The notes under the pieces were generated by a model. That model was given only the letters and a program-made list of their open reading frames with translations. It was not told the DNA's origin and made no database searches. DNA of 59,373 nt from a virus (lineage: Duplodnaviria > Caudoviricetes), in the IMG/VR virus record IMGVR_UViG_3300043443_000423, positions 1 to 59,373 of that record, one strand, 5' to 3'. A program made the position numbers and the translations under genes. Below, piece after piece: positions 17,508 through 27,700 of the stretch (position 1 is its first letter; every line of letters begins with the position of its first letter).

Positions 17508-18197
17508 ATGGCGACGATAACAGTGACGCAGCTGCTTAATCGCGTGTCTGTGATCCTGCAGGATCCGACGAATGTCCGGTGGCCGCAGGCTGAACTGCTC
17601 GACTGGGTCAATGATGGCCAGCGAGAGATCGCCACGTACAAGCCCAACGCGTTCGTGAAGAACGAGTCCAAGCAACTGGTCACAGGGACCAAGCAGACCC
17701 TGCCCGCAGATGGCGTGTCGCTCATCGATGTGGTTCGCAACATGGGTACCAACGGCACGACGCCGGGTAACGCCATTCGCGCTGTCTCCAGAGAGATCCT
17801 CGACTCCCAGATTCCCGGCTGGCATGCGTCCACCGCAGCCGCCACCGTCAAGCACTTCATCTACAACCCGCTCGATCCGAAGACGTTCTACGTCTATCCG
17901 CCGCAGCCCAACGCAGCGCAGAACCAGGTCGAGATGGTCTATGTCGCGTCGCCCACCGACGCCACGCTCAATTCCACGATCACGCTGGACGACATCTATC
18001 TGTCGGCGCTGGTCAACTACGTGCTCTTTAGGGCCTACAGCAAGGATGCCGAGTTCGCGGCCAACGTGCAGCTGTCGCAGGGCTACTTCGCGATGTTCAA
18101 GGGCAACCTCGAGGGCAAGGTCACCGCAGAAGCGGCCACCAACCCCAACCTCGCGCTGGCCCCGTTCAACCCCAACGTGCCAGCAGGTAACAAGTGA
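17508..18197 (+). CDS. Head-tail adaptor protein
   Basis: RWPQAELLDWVNDGQREI, FYVYPPQP, ALVNYVLFRAYSKD. Confidence 0.7.
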   Translation: MATITVTQLLNRVSVILQDPTNVRWPQAELLDWVNDGQREIATYKPNAFVKNESKQLVTGTKQTLPADGVSLIDVVRNMGTNGTTPGNAIRAVSREILDSQIPGWHASTAAATVKHFIYNPLDPKTFYVYPPQPNAAQNQVEMVYVASPTDATLNSTITLDDIYLSALVNYVLFRAYSKDAEFAANVQLSQGYFAMFKGNLEGKVTAEAATNPNLALAPFNPNVPAGNK

Positions 18198-18838
18198 GCG
18201 AAATCTCCTACGAGAAGTTTCTGCCGCACGTCCTCCCCTACGTTCCGAACTGCCTGGAGGACCAGGCGGTGCTTGCCATCCGAAACGCGTGCATCGAGTT
18301 CTGCAGGGAAACGAACATCGTCCAGGAGCCGATGGACGCAATCACCGCGACCGCGGGCAACAACACCTACCAACCCGACGTTCCCTCCGGCTATCTAATG
18401 AACAAGGTGCTCGAGCTCTACTACGTCGGTCGCAAGATGGATGCAAAGAGCCTGCTTGAGTTGCAGCGCCTCTACACGATGAACTGGGGCGCGCTGGTGG
18501 GCGCACCGCGTGTCTATACGCAGTTCAATCCCGATGAATTCACGGTCACGCCAAGCCCTGCAGAGACCGTCAAAAACGCCTTCACGGGCCGCATGGGCCT
18601 CGTGCCGACCCGATCCTCGACGCAGGTGCGCTCGATCGTCTACGACCGGTATTTGGAAGACATCGTGCCGGGTGCGCTTTTCCGATTGATGGTGACGCCC
18701 GATCAGCCCTATACCGATGTCGCTGCAGCCAGGGACTACATGACGCTCTTCAAGAGCCGCATCGCGGCGGTACGCCAGTACGTCAACAGCGGCATGACCC
18801 AAGCTCCGATGCGGGCACGTTTTAGTAGGATCATCTGA
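18194..18838 (+). CDS. Adaptor/tail tubular protein
   Basis: AIRNACIEFCRET; paralogous style to upstream gene. Confidence 0.6.
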   Translation: MSEISYEKFLPHVLPYVPNCLEDQAVLAIRNACIEFCRETNIVQEPMDAITATAGNNTYQPDVPSGYLMNKVLELYYVGRKMDAKSLLELQRLYTMNWGALVGAPRVYTQFNPDEFTVTPSPAETVKNAFTGRMGLVPTRSSTQVRSIVYDRYLEDIVPGALFRLMVTPDQPYTDVAAARDYMTLFKSRIAAVRQYVNSGMTQAPMRARFSRII

Positions 18839-19158
18839 TGGCCGAGAAGATCAAACTTGTACAGGGAGACACCCGCCCGGTCCTGCGCGTGACGATTACC
18901 GATGAGGTGACGGGTGCTGCGATTCCGGTGAGCGCCGCGACGCTGAAGTTTCGCGAAGCGGGAGCCAGCACGATAAAGACAGCGATCACGGGCGTGGTGA
19001 TTGACGGTCCCAACGGTGTGGTGGACTTCACCTGGACCAATACGGCGCTCGATACCGCGGGTGAGTTCGAAGGCGAAGTCGAGTTCACGCCTTCTTCGGG
19101 TGGTGTGCAGACCGTCTACGACCTTCTCAAGTTCAAGATCCGGGAGCAGTTTGCGTGA
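18838..19158 (+). CDS. BppU-like Ig-fold virion protein
   Basis: KLVQGDTRPVL..LDTAGEFEGEVEF. Confidence 0.65.
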   Translation: MAEKIKLVQGDTRPVLRVTITDEVTGAAIPVSAATLKFREAGASTIKTAITGVVIDGPNGVVDFTWTNTALDTAGEFEGEVEFTPSSGGVQTVYDLLKFKIREQFA

Positions 19159-19853
19159 GTAACGCTCGCCTGTTGGTGGCTCTCGCCAAGGCTCAAGCTG
19201 CCGTTGCAGCCTCGCGCCCGGTAGCGGCTGTCCGCTACTCGATGGCCAAGCTCGCCGTTGAACTGCGCTCGCTCACCAACAACCCCATCATCAACGAACT
19301 GGTCACTGCGGCCGATTCGTCGTATCTCACGATCATCAAGAACCTCGAGGACTTCGTTGAAGCGATCGAGTCTGCAGAGGTTTACAACCAGGGCAACGAC
19401 AAGTTCGATCTGGTCGCAGCGGTCGATCAGCTGACGATCTCGCTGCAGTTCCTGCGCTCCTTCGAGCATGCTGTAGCTACAGATGACGTTGCTGCACTGA
19501 GCCTCACCAAAAACATCTCGGATGCCGTCACGGCGGTTGAAGGCAACTTTGCCGCGGTGGTTGCGAACCTGCAGAGCCCGACCGACATTGCTGCGGTGGG
19601 CGAGGCGCTTGCCTTCAATGTTAGCAAGTTGCTGGACGATGCGCCGATCGCAACCGATAGCGTTAGTATCCAAACGCTGTTAGCATTTACCGATTTTGTT
19701 TCGGTGACGGATGCCTTGCAGTTTCAAGGCTCCAACGAGCAGTTTTACGGCGATCAGCTGTCAGTTGGCGACAGTGGTTCGCTATTGATGCAGGACTACG
19801 CCGACATCACCTATTTTGCAGATGACTACGTGGGCACGTCCCGCACGTTCTAG
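19155..19853 (+). CDS. Virion structural protein
   Basis: Acidic repetitive beta pattern; coupled in tail operon. Confidence 0.65.
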   Translation: MSNARLLVALAKAQAAVAASRPVAAVRYSMAKLAVELRSLTNNPIINELVTAADSSYLTIIKNLEDFVEAIESAEVYNQGNDKFDLVAAVDQLTISLQFLRSFEHAVATDDVAALSLTKNISDAVTAVEGNFAAVVANLQSPTDIAAVGEALAFNVSKLLDDAPIATDSVSIQTLLAFTDFVSVTDALQFQGSNEQFYGDQLSVGDSGSLLMQDYADITYFADDYVGTSRTF

Positions 19854-19862
19854 GAGTAATCG

Positions 19863-20303
19863 ATGATCTCCGATCACATCAAAGCCGTTGGGAAACTGAC
19901 GATCACCATCACCGGTGACGATGGTCAGGTCAAGGACCAGCGCACTGTAGACAACTTGGTCGTTACCGCAGGCAAGGGCTTCATCGCCTCTCGGATGACG
20001 GGTACCGCAGCCAATGTAATGAGCCACATGGCGATCGGCACAGGCACTGCAGCAGCTGCTGCAGGAGACACCACGCTGGCGACCGAATCGGCTCGAGTCT
20101 CGCTCACGAGCTCGACCACCACGAATGCACAGACCCTGTATGTCGCGACGTTTCCAGCGGGTACCGGGACTGGCGCTATCACCGAAGCAGGCCTTCTGAA
20201 CGCAGGCGTCGGTGGCACCCTGTTGTGTCGTACCGTCTTTGCAGCAGTCAACAAGGGCGCTAACGATGCAATGACCATCAACTGGACCGTAACCATTCAA
20301 TAA
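19863..20303 (+). CDS. Tail/fibre-attachment protein
   Basis: NLVVTAG, HMAIGTG, ITEAGL..LLCRTVF. Confidence 0.7.
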   Translation: MISDHIKAVGKLTITITGDDGQVKDQRTVDNLVVTAGKGFIASRMTGTAANVMSHMAIGTGTAAAAAGDTTLATESARVSLTSSTTTNAQTLYVATFPAGTGTGAITEAGLLNAGVGGTLLCRTVFAAVNKGANDAMTINWTVTIQ

Positions 20304-20305
20304 AC

Positions 20306-20494
20306 ATGATGACCCTATCTGAACTTACTTACCGGCTGTCCCTGAACCAGGCCCAGATCGTCATGGACGCTCTGGCAGAACTTCCTTGGCGTGTCTCCAA
20401 CCCGGTGATCCTGAGCATGCGAGCGCAAGCCGACGTGCAGTTCGCTGAGACCGAGAAGCCTGCGCAAGAGGAAGAAAAACCCGCAGAAGAATGA
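20306..20494 (+). CDS. Small hypothetical protein (possible fibre chaperone)
   Basis: IVMDALAELPWRVSNPVI; co-oriented. Confidence 0.6.
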   Translation: MMTLSELTYRLSLNQAQIVMDALAELPWRVSNPVILSMRAQADVQFAETEKPAQEEEKPAEE

Positions 20495-20502
20495 GTTGAT
20501 CG

Positions 20503-21945
20503 ATGGCCACACTGACCCTCCGATCCGTCAAAGGCTCACCGCTTACCACCGCGGAAGTCGATGGGAACTTCACCGCACTCAACACCGAGCTCGGCCAGAA
20601 AGTCTCGTCGTTCAATTCGCGCTCGGGCGTGGTGTCGCTGACGACCGGAGATGTCACTGCGGCCCTCGGATTTACCCCGCTATCCAGCAACCAGACGATC
20701 ACGCTCTCGGGCGATGTAACAGGTTCCGGTTCGACTTCGATCGTCGCGACACTGCCCAACACGGGCGTGGCCGCGGGTAGCTACACCAACGCCAATCTCA
20801 CCGTCGATGCGAAAGGCCGGATCACTGCGGTCGCCAACGGCACGGCAGGCGGCGTCACGACGTTCAATACGCGCGCAGGCGCAGTCAGTCTCACCTCTGC
20901 CGATGTCACGACGGCACTCGGGTTCACCCCGGCCAACAAGGCAGGCGACACCTTCACGGGCGATGTCGTCATCGACACCAAGCTCGCCGTTGGCACGTCT
21001 GTCACTGCAAGCACTAACTACCGATTCGGCAAGGGCATCTCGGGCGGTACATCCTCGAGCGCGTTCGTGCAGAACGGCAGCGTCCAGTCGGATGTCACGA
21101 CCACGGCAGTCTCGTTCAATTCGCAGGCCAACACCGCAAACGCGGCGTTCACACTTAGCAACTACTTCCACTACTACGCTCAGCAAGGCGTGCTCGGTTC
21201 CGGGTCGGCGATCACGGCGATCACGGGTTTCTATGCCGACAATACGCTTGCAGGTTCGACCACGACGTATGGTTTCCGAGGCGGCGTGGGAAGCGGTACA
21301 GGCAAGTGGAATCTGTACATGGATGGCTCAGCAAGCAACTACCTTGCTGGTCGCCTTGGGATTGGTACCACGTCGGTCACATCCGATGTCCTGAGAATCA
21401 CTCGAGCCATCGATGGTGGGGTCAACGCCAACGGCCTACTGATCGACAGTGCCGTCAACTCGGATGTGACCACGCGGGCTTCGCTGTTCCGCACGGTCCT
21501 GAACACGCAGGCTGCGTCGTTCACGCTGGCGACCGTCCATCACTACGAGGCGGCTCAGAACGCATCGCTCGGTGCGGGATCTGCGATCACCACGCAGTCA
21601 GGCTTCACGGCCGACTCGACACTCACGGGTGCAACGAACAACTTCGGTTTCCGAGGACGCATCGCCGCTGCGACAGGGCGCTGGAACCTCTACATGGATG
21701 GCACCGCGGCGAACTTCTTGGCTGGCGGCGCGATCTTCAACAACGCGATCGGCCTGGGCTCGGCTGCATCCCCAAGCTACGGCTCTGCCGGACAGGTGCT
21801 GACTTCTTCGGGGCCTGGTGCTGTACCGACCTGGAGCACGGTGACGGGCGGTGGCGGCGGTGGAAGCTCGAATACTGCGATCGAAGGCGGCTTCCCCGAT
21901 TCATCTTATGCCGCGATCACCCCGATTGATGGAGGTACTCCGTAA
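20503..21945 (+). CDS. Tail fibre protein with internal repeats
   Basis: KGSPLTTAEVDGNF N-terminus, 2x FNxRxGxVSLTxxDVTxALGFTP, TVDAKGRIT, 2x GFRG..WNLYMDG..N(Y/F)LAG. Confidence 0.85.
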   Translation: MATLTLRSVKGSPLTTAEVDGNFTALNTELGQKVSSFNSRSGVVSLTTGDVTAALGFTPLSSNQTITLSGDVTGSGSTSIVATLPNTGVAAGSYTNANLTVDAKGRITAVANGTAGGVTTFNTRAGAVSLTSADVTTALGFTPANKAGDTFTGDVVIDTKLAVGTSVTASTNYRFGKGISGGTSSSAFVQNGSVQSDVTTTAVSFNSQANTANAAFTLSNYFHYYAQQGVLGSGSAITAITGFYADNTLAGSTTTYGFRGGVGSGTGKWNLYMDGSASNYLAGRLGIGTTSVTSDVLRITRAIDGGVNANGLLIDSAVNSDVTTRASLFRTVLNTQAASFTLATVHHYEAAQNASLGAGSAITTQSGFTADSTLTGATNNFGFRGRIAAATGRWNLYMDGTAANFLAGGAIFNNAIGLGSAASPSYGSAGQVLTSSGPGAVPTWSTVTGGGGGGSSNTAIEGGFPDSSYAAITPIDGGTP

Positions 21946-22835
21946 TGCCACAACAGATTCAACTCCGCAGGGGTACCGCGACTGCCTGGTCCACTGCCAA
22001 CCCCGTTCTCGCAGCCGGTGAAGTCGGTACCGAAACCGATACCCGGAAGTTCAAGGTCGGTGATGGCACAACCGCATGGAACTCGCTGACTTATGCCTCG
22101 GTGAGCTACCGGGGAGCGTATTCGGCTGGAACGACCTACTACGTCAACGACATCGTTGTATCTGGTGGCTCGGCCTACATCTGCATTCTGACTTCGACGG
22201 GTAACGCGGTTACCAATACGACCTACTGGTCGGTGCTCGCAGCCAAGGGTACGGATGGCACGAACGGGACCAATGGGACCAACGGCACGAACGGAACGTC
22301 TTTCACCTGGCGCGGCACCTGGTCATCAGCAACGGCTTATGTAGTCAACGATGTGGTTGCACTGAATGGCACGACTTACATCTCGATCCAGGCCGGTACC
22401 AACCAGAACCCCGCGACACAGACGGCCTACTGGAGCGTGATGGCCGCAAAGGGCACCGATGGCGCTGTGTCTCTTGCAGGCGCTCAGACGCTGTCGAACA
22501 AGACGATGACTTCCACGAAGTACGTGGTTGACCCCCTTGGGTCGATCTCCGGGACCAACACGCTCGATCTTGCAGCTGCTACCGAGTACACAGCGACGAT
22601 CACTGGAGCCACGACGTTCTCGTTCACGAACGAGCCTGGAGCCGATGAGGCCCAGGTGGTCTACCTACGACTAACCAATGCCGGAAGTGCCGCGATTACG
22701 TGGCCAGCCGGTACCCGGTTCGCCGGTGGTACTGCACCGACGTTTACTACATCAGGCGTCGATCTGTTGGCGATCAAGCTGGATCCGGTGTCCCTCAAGA
22801 TGATGATCTTCGTTATTGGCTTGGACATTAAGTAA
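21945..22835 (+). CDS. Fibre protein with Mtd-N/hyaluronidase-like N-terminus and collagen-like repeat
   Basis: IQLRRGTATAWSTANPVLAAGEVGTETDTRKFKVGDG; (GTN)n; two YxVNDxV modules. Confidence 0.8.
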   Translation: MPQQIQLRRGTATAWSTANPVLAAGEVGTETDTRKFKVGDGTTAWNSLTYASVSYRGAYSAGTTYYVNDIVVSGGSAYICILTSTGNAVTNTTYWSVLAAKGTDGTNGTNGTNGTNGTSFTWRGTWSSATAYVVNDVVALNGTTYISIQAGTNQNPATQTAYWSVMAAKGTDGAVSLAGAQTLSNKTMTSTKYVVDPLGSISGTNTLDLAAATEYTATITGATTFSFTNEPGADEAQVVYLRLTNAGSAAITWPAGTRFAGGTAPTFTTSGVDLLAIKLDPVSLKMMIFVIGLDIK

Positions 22836-25800
22836 TGAGCGATCTCCTGCTTCCCGCGGTTCAGAAAGGGTCCGTTGCGACCGTTGATACCGATCCGTAC
22901 TACAACCTGGTCTCCCTGCATCTCAAAGGAGATGTGAATACGGGCCGGAACTACAACGCCTTCTCGGATGCGAGCTCGAACAACTTCAGGCTCACGAACA
23001 ACGGCGATGTGCGGGGCTCGAGCTTCAGTCCGTATGGGACCAGTTGGAGTAACTACTTCTCGGGTGTAAGCGACTTTCTTAGCTACAGCACGATCACGCT
23101 CGGTGCAAGTTTCACAATTGAGTTCTTCGTTTACTTCCCGACGACGCCAAGCGCAAACGCGGTAATCATCAGCAATATCGGAGCGGGTGGCACCAACTGG
23201 GTTGGCGTAAGCAATACCGCAATATCGTTGTCCTATAGCGCCGGTACAAGAACCTTTGCGTTCACCCCAGCGGGCGGCACTTGGTACTACGTCCAACTCA
23301 TCAACTCGGCATCGTCGCTTACTTGCTATGTCAATGGTACGCAGGTCGGTACGGCTCAGACAGGCCCCAGCAGTTTCACACTAGACCGCGTTGGCGGTTA
23401 TACGAACGTCGGGTTCACTGGCTACCTCTCCAGCGTTCGAGTCAATTCCACTGCATTGGCGGTCTCTGCCCTTCCAACATCGCCGTTGACCGAAGTAGCA
23501 AACACGGTCCTTTTGACCTGCCAGTCGAATCGACTACTCGATAACAGAGCGAGCCCCTTGACGCTCACAAAGGGCGGATCCCTATCCGTCTCCTCCTTCT
23601 CCCCATTCCTCGAGACCGACACCACGACAGGGTCGGGGTACTTTGATGGGAACGCGGACTACCTTGACGTAACGAGCGCCTTGTTCAATCCAGCCGGTGC
23701 TTTTACTGTCGAGTTTTGGTTTTACGGCACTGATAGCGCAACATCTACCCAAGGTCTAATTTCTACTTGGGCTAGTGGTCTTAGTCCTGCGCAGGGGATT
23801 CTTATATGGAAAACTGGCGCAAATTGTGAGATCCAAATTGGTAATGCTTCTACTGGCGGCACAACAATCGCCACGTTTACATGGGCAACATATCTAAATC
23901 AGTGGAACCATTTTGCGCTTGTTAGGAACAGCAGCAATAGTTGTACTGTCTTTCTTAACGGTATTCGGCTTGCTGCCCCAGTTACTAAATCAGGCTCGCC
24001 TGGCCAGACCGCACTAACGATTGGCAGAGCGTTTCCAAATAGCGCAAGTTCGTATTTCGCAGGTTACATGTCTAATGTTAGCTTTGTTAGCGGTTCGTCG
24101 CTTTACGATCCTGCCTTAACGACCATACCTGTACCTACGCTACCGATCACCAAGGTAACAGACACAGCCCTCCTCACCCTCCAAGAACGCGGTGCCTACA
24201 ACACCATCGGGTTCCAGGACGAAAGCGAGTATCAGCACCTCATCACGCGCAACGGTAACGTCGCTCAGGGCACGTTCTCACCTTTCAGCAATGCTGGGTG
24301 GGCGGTCAGCTTCGGTGGCGGTGCATCGAATATCAACCTCGCAAGTAGCGCAGACTTCGCCCTTGGAGGTGCGTTTTCATTTGAATGTTGGGTATATCAA
24401 ACGAGCATACCCAACTTCGTGGACCTGCTAGATGTGCGAACCAGTAACGAAGTCGGTTCGCTCGGCATATCCGCAACCGGATTTCCGCGTTGGCAGAACG
24501 GTCCGACCACAGGATCGCTAATCACTGGGTCCACGGCGCTAACGCTCAATCAGTGGAACTATCTCCTTTTTGTTGCGGATGCTAGCGGCTGCTCGATTTA
24601 CCTGAACGGTCAGCGTATCGCCAACACGGCTCAAGTTGCTACTTGGCCGTCCTCCGCAAGACCGTGCTTTATTGGCGGTAGCTTTGGCAACGCATCCGGT
24701 GGCTCGCTGAGTGGGTTCATTGCGGACGCAAGGTTAATCAAGGGATCGACTCCGTACAGCAGCACAGCCACCAGCGTAACCGTACCAACAGCTTTGCTTC
24801 CGTTCGTCACAAATACCGTATTGCAGTGCTGCAGAACAAATCGTTTCGCAAATACGGTGAACAGCGCTTCGATGACGGCCAACGGGACAACTTCTGTCGC
24901 CCCCTTCTCCCCCTTCAAGCCCGTAGCGTATGACCCTGCTGTGCATGGCGGGTCGGGTTACTTTGATGGGACAACTGACAACCTGGCCGTCGTCTCGCCA
25001 CAGTTCACGCTTGGCACAGATAACCTAACGGCTGAATGCTGGTTCTATCCGACAGCAGCAGGAAATTCCTCAACTATCCTGGCTTGCAAGATTAGTGCTG
25101 GAGCGGGTTTTTATCTTATATGGTCAAGCACAAGCGCATTTAGAGTGCTAGTTAATGCTGGAGCGGTTTGGAGCGTAGACGCATCTAGTGCTGCGCTCAA
25201 TCTAAATACCTGGAACCACCTTGTAATGACGAGGGACGGCTCTACGATTCGAACTTTCTTGAACGGCGTGCTTGCTACCGTTACGACCGGGATCACGGGC
25301 TCCATGGGGGCTACAGCACCGATCGTCCGAATCGGGTCCGATGACGCTGGAAGCGGAGTGGTGAACGCCTCCTACATCACAGGCGTCAGGATCGTAAAAG
25401 GTGTGGTCTATCCGACTTCGCTTACCACGACAGGAACCCAGGTCTTTACGCCTCCCAACGCGCCTGCGCCGGTAATCAACAACACGCTTTTCCTGCTGAA
25501 CTTTACCAACGGCGGGGTCATCGACTCCACTGGCAAGAACGTGATCGAGACCGTTGGCAACGCTGGTGTGGTCACAACGACCATTAAGAAGTTTGGCTCG
25601 GGATCCATGTTCTTTGACGGGACTGGGGACTACGACGTAATCCCGCTGAACAAGCAGATGGATTTCAGTTCGAGTGGTTCGATCACCATCGAGTTCTGGA
25701 TGTACGGGGAGAACACAAGTCGCGCTTTTGTCATCGGAAGCAACGCGTTCAGCGGCTCCACCAGCAATTATTCAGCCGGGATCATGTTTGACTGGACTCC

Positions 25801-27004
25801 TGGCGTTAGCTGCTTTTTCGGTGCCGGTAGATCGACTGGTCTGAACCTTGGGGCCGGTGTTACCGCGAATACATGGCATCACGTTGCCTTCTGCTACAAC
25901 GGAGCCACCGGGACAAATTACGTCTTCCTAAACGGCAACCTGATCACAAGCTCGGTTTCTTCGAGCGCCATGACGCAGACGGCGGCGTTACTGCTCGGCG
26001 TCCAGGGTAGCGACCGGATCCTGCCATATAAGGGCTACATCGATGACCTGCGCATCACAAGCGGTCTAGCCCGTTACACAGCCAACTTCACTCCTCCAAC
26101 CAAAGCCCTTCCTGATCGAGGAACCACAAGCACGCTGACTTCTGACCTGGCTGCGCCTGCGAGCGTTGAAGCGTTGGTGGTTGGTGGTGGCGGTGGCGGT
26201 GGCGGTAGATACGCTGGGGGCGGCGGCGGTGGCGGCGGCTTCCAGGAGTTTGTGGGTGGCAGCGCTCTCCCTGTTTCCGCAGGGGCAAACTACCCTATCT
26301 CGGTCGGCCTGGGTGGTGCCGGAGGTGCTGCGAATAACGCTGGGCAAAATGGAGGCAACTCTGTCTTCTCGAACATCACATCCACAGGTGGCGGCGGTGG
26401 CGGCTCTTCGTTAGATGCGGGACCAATCGTCGTTGCCGGCAATGGCGGTTCTGGTGGTGGTGGTTCCTGGAGAAGCGTGTCACAAGTAGGCACAGGCGGA
26501 ACAGGAATTGCCGGTCAAGGTTATGCAGGTCAAACAGGGCTATCCAACGGAACTATCGGAGGTGGCGGAGGCGGTGCCGGTGAGGCGGGTGGCACTGACG
26601 GAAACGGCTACGGCGGTGACGGGTTGCAATCCTCGATCACTGGCGTCGCGACCTTCTATGCAGGCGGCGGTGGCGGTGGAAATCAAGGAACAGCAACCCC
26701 GTATCAGCGGCCAGGAGGTGATGGCGGTGGCGGCGTTGGCGCTATTGACGCAATTGGCGGGGCTCCAAGCACTATTCAAGCAACCGCAGGAACTCCCAAC
26801 ACCGGTGGTGGCGGTGGAGCGGGCTGCTGGAACAATACCCCTTCAGGAGCGGCGGGCGGATCCGGTGTAGTGATCGTCGCCTACCCAACATCCTTCAGGC
26901 CGCTTAAAGCATCGCTTGGCTTGGTCTACACCATCGATACAGTCACCCGTCCTGGATACCGCGTCTATCGATTCACAAGCGGCTCCGGCAGCATTTCTTG
27001 GTAA
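22835..27004 (+). CDS. Multi-LamG (concanavalin A-like) receptor-binding protein with glycine-rich C-terminus
   Basis: Five FTxE(F/C)W..W(N/H)H..LNG modules; GYIDDLRIT; GGGG-rich tail ending GGSGVVIVAYP. Confidence 0.88.
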   Translation: MSDLLLPAVQKGSVATVDTDPYYNLVSLHLKGDVNTGRNYNAFSDASSNNFRLTNNGDVRGSSFSPYGTSWSNYFSGVSDFLSYSTITLGASFTIEFFVYFPTTPSANAVIISNIGAGGTNWVGVSNTAISLSYSAGTRTFAFTPAGGTWYYVQLINSASSLTCYVNGTQVGTAQTGPSSFTLDRVGGYTNVGFTGYLSSVRVNSTALAVSALPTSPLTEVANTVLLTCQSNRLLDNRASPLTLTKGGSLSVSSFSPFLETDTTTGSGYFDGNADYLDVTSALFNPAGAFTVEFWFYGTDSATSTQGLISTWASGLSPAQGILIWKTGANCEIQIGNASTGGTTIATFTWATYLNQWNHFALVRNSSNSCTVFLNGIRLAAPVTKSGSPGQTALTIGRAFPNSASSYFAGYMSNVSFVSGSSLYDPALTTIPVPTLPITKVTDTALLTLQERGAYNTIGFQDESEYQHLITRNGNVAQGTFSPFSNAGWAVSFGGGASNINLASSADFALGGAFSFECWVYQTSIPNFVDLLDVRTSNEVGSLGISATGFPRWQNGPTTGSLITGSTALTLNQWNYLLFVADASGCSIYLNGQRIANTAQVATWPSSARPCFIGGSFGNASGGSLSGFIADARLIKGSTPYSSTATSVTVPTALLPFVTNTVLQCCRTNRFANTVNSASMTANGTTSVAPFSPFKPVAYDPAVHGGSGYFDGTTDNLAVVSPQFTLGTDNLTAECWFYPTAAGNSSTILACKISAGAGFYLIWSSTSAFRVLVNAGAVWSVDASSAALNLNTWNHLVMTRDGSTIRTFLNGVLATVTTGITGSMGATAPIVRIGSDDAGSGVVNASYITGVRIVKGVVYPTSLTTTGTQVFTPPNAPAPVINNTLFLLNFTNGGVIDSTGKNVIETVGNAGVVTTTIKKFGSGSMFFDGTGDYDVIPLNKQMDFSSSGSITIEFWMYGENTSRAFVIGSNAFSGSTSNYSAGIMFDWTPGVSCFFGAGRSTGLNLGAGVTANTWHHVAFCYNGATGTNYVFLNGNLITSSVSSSAMTQTAALLLGVQGSDRILPYKGYIDDLRITSGLARYTANFTPPTKALPDRGTTSTLTSDLAAPASVEALVVGGGGGGGGRYAGGGGGGGGFQEFVGGSALPVSAGANYPISVGLGGAGGAANNAGQNGGNSVFSNITSTGGGGGGSSLDAGPIVVAGNGGSGGGGSWRSVSQVGTGGTGIAGQGYAGQTGLSNGTIGGGGGGAGEAGGTDGNGYGGDGLQSSITGVATFYAGGGGGGNQGTATPYQRPGGDGGGGVGAIDAIGGAPSTIQATAGTPNTGGGGGAGCWNNTPSGAAGGSGVVIVAYPTSFRPLKASLGLVYTIDTVTRPGYRVYRFTSGSGSISW

Positions 27005-27014
27005 GGAATAAACA

Positions 27015-27470
27015 ATGATCTACGCACGAGTTATCGATGGGGTCATTCACGACATGGCTCCCCTTTCGGATCTATTCCCCACGACGACCTTCCCGGCCTC
27101 AGGTCCAAGCCTCGAGTGGTTGGCAGCAGAGAACCTGTTCGAAATCCAGATGCGTAAGGCGTACAACACATCAACGCAGAAACTTGTACAAGTGCAGCCC
27201 TATGTCGAGGATGGCGCGGTCTACGGTGTGAACGTGGTGGCTCTGTCACAAGAAGAGCTCGATGCGATCAATAACGCAGCCAAGGCTCAGAACGAAGCTC
27301 AAGCCAAACGCTTGCTTGAGGAAACCGACTGGTCCCAGTTGGCCGATGTGAACCTCACGAACCAGGCAGACTTCACCACATATCGTGCAGCACTTAGGGC
27401 TATTGTTTTGAACCCACCTGTTACAGTTAGCACTTGGCCAACTAGACCGGCCGCTGTATGGGCATCTTGA
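27015..27470 (+). CDS. Tail fibre assembly chaperone
   Basis: LLEETDWSQLAD..YRAALRAI..WPTRP. Confidence 0.8.
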   Translation: MIYARVIDGVIHDMAPLSDLFPTTTFPASGPSLEWLAAENLFEIQMRKAYNTSTQKLVQVQPYVEDGAVYGVNVVALSQEELDAINNAAKAQNEAQAKRLLEETDWSQLADVNLTNQADFTTYRAALRAIVLNPPVTVSTWPTRPAAVWAS

Positions 27471-27478
27471 GGTGAGCT

Positions 27479-27700
27479 ATGACACCAGAGCACAAAGTGG
27501 ATGTAGCAGCTGAGGCCGCAAAAGCGGCTCCTGCGGTCGCCGTGGCAACGGCATCGACCTTCCTGGGCTTCTCGCTCAACGAGTGGGTGGCCATCGCGAC
27601 GCTGATCTACATCATCCTGCAGGCCGGATGGTTAGTGTGGAAGTGGTATCACGCAGCCACCGACAAGCGAGAGCGCAAGAAAGCCATCAATGGATCGTAA
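27479..27700 (+). CDS. Holin
   Basis: GFSLNEWVAIATLIYIILQ hydrophobic segment, basic C-terminus, upstream of lysozyme. Confidence 0.75.
   Translation: MTPEHKVDVAAEAAKAAPAVAVATASTFLGFSLNEWVAIATLIYIILQAGWLVWKWYHAATDKRERKKAINGS

Noticed and set aside
26170-26870. GGC/GGT microsatellite-like repeats
   Set aside because: Explained by the glycine-rich coding domain
21945-27004. Diversity-generating retroelement suggested by the Mtd-like N-terminus
   Set aside because: No reverse transcriptase ORF and no adenine-specific TR/VR pair seen
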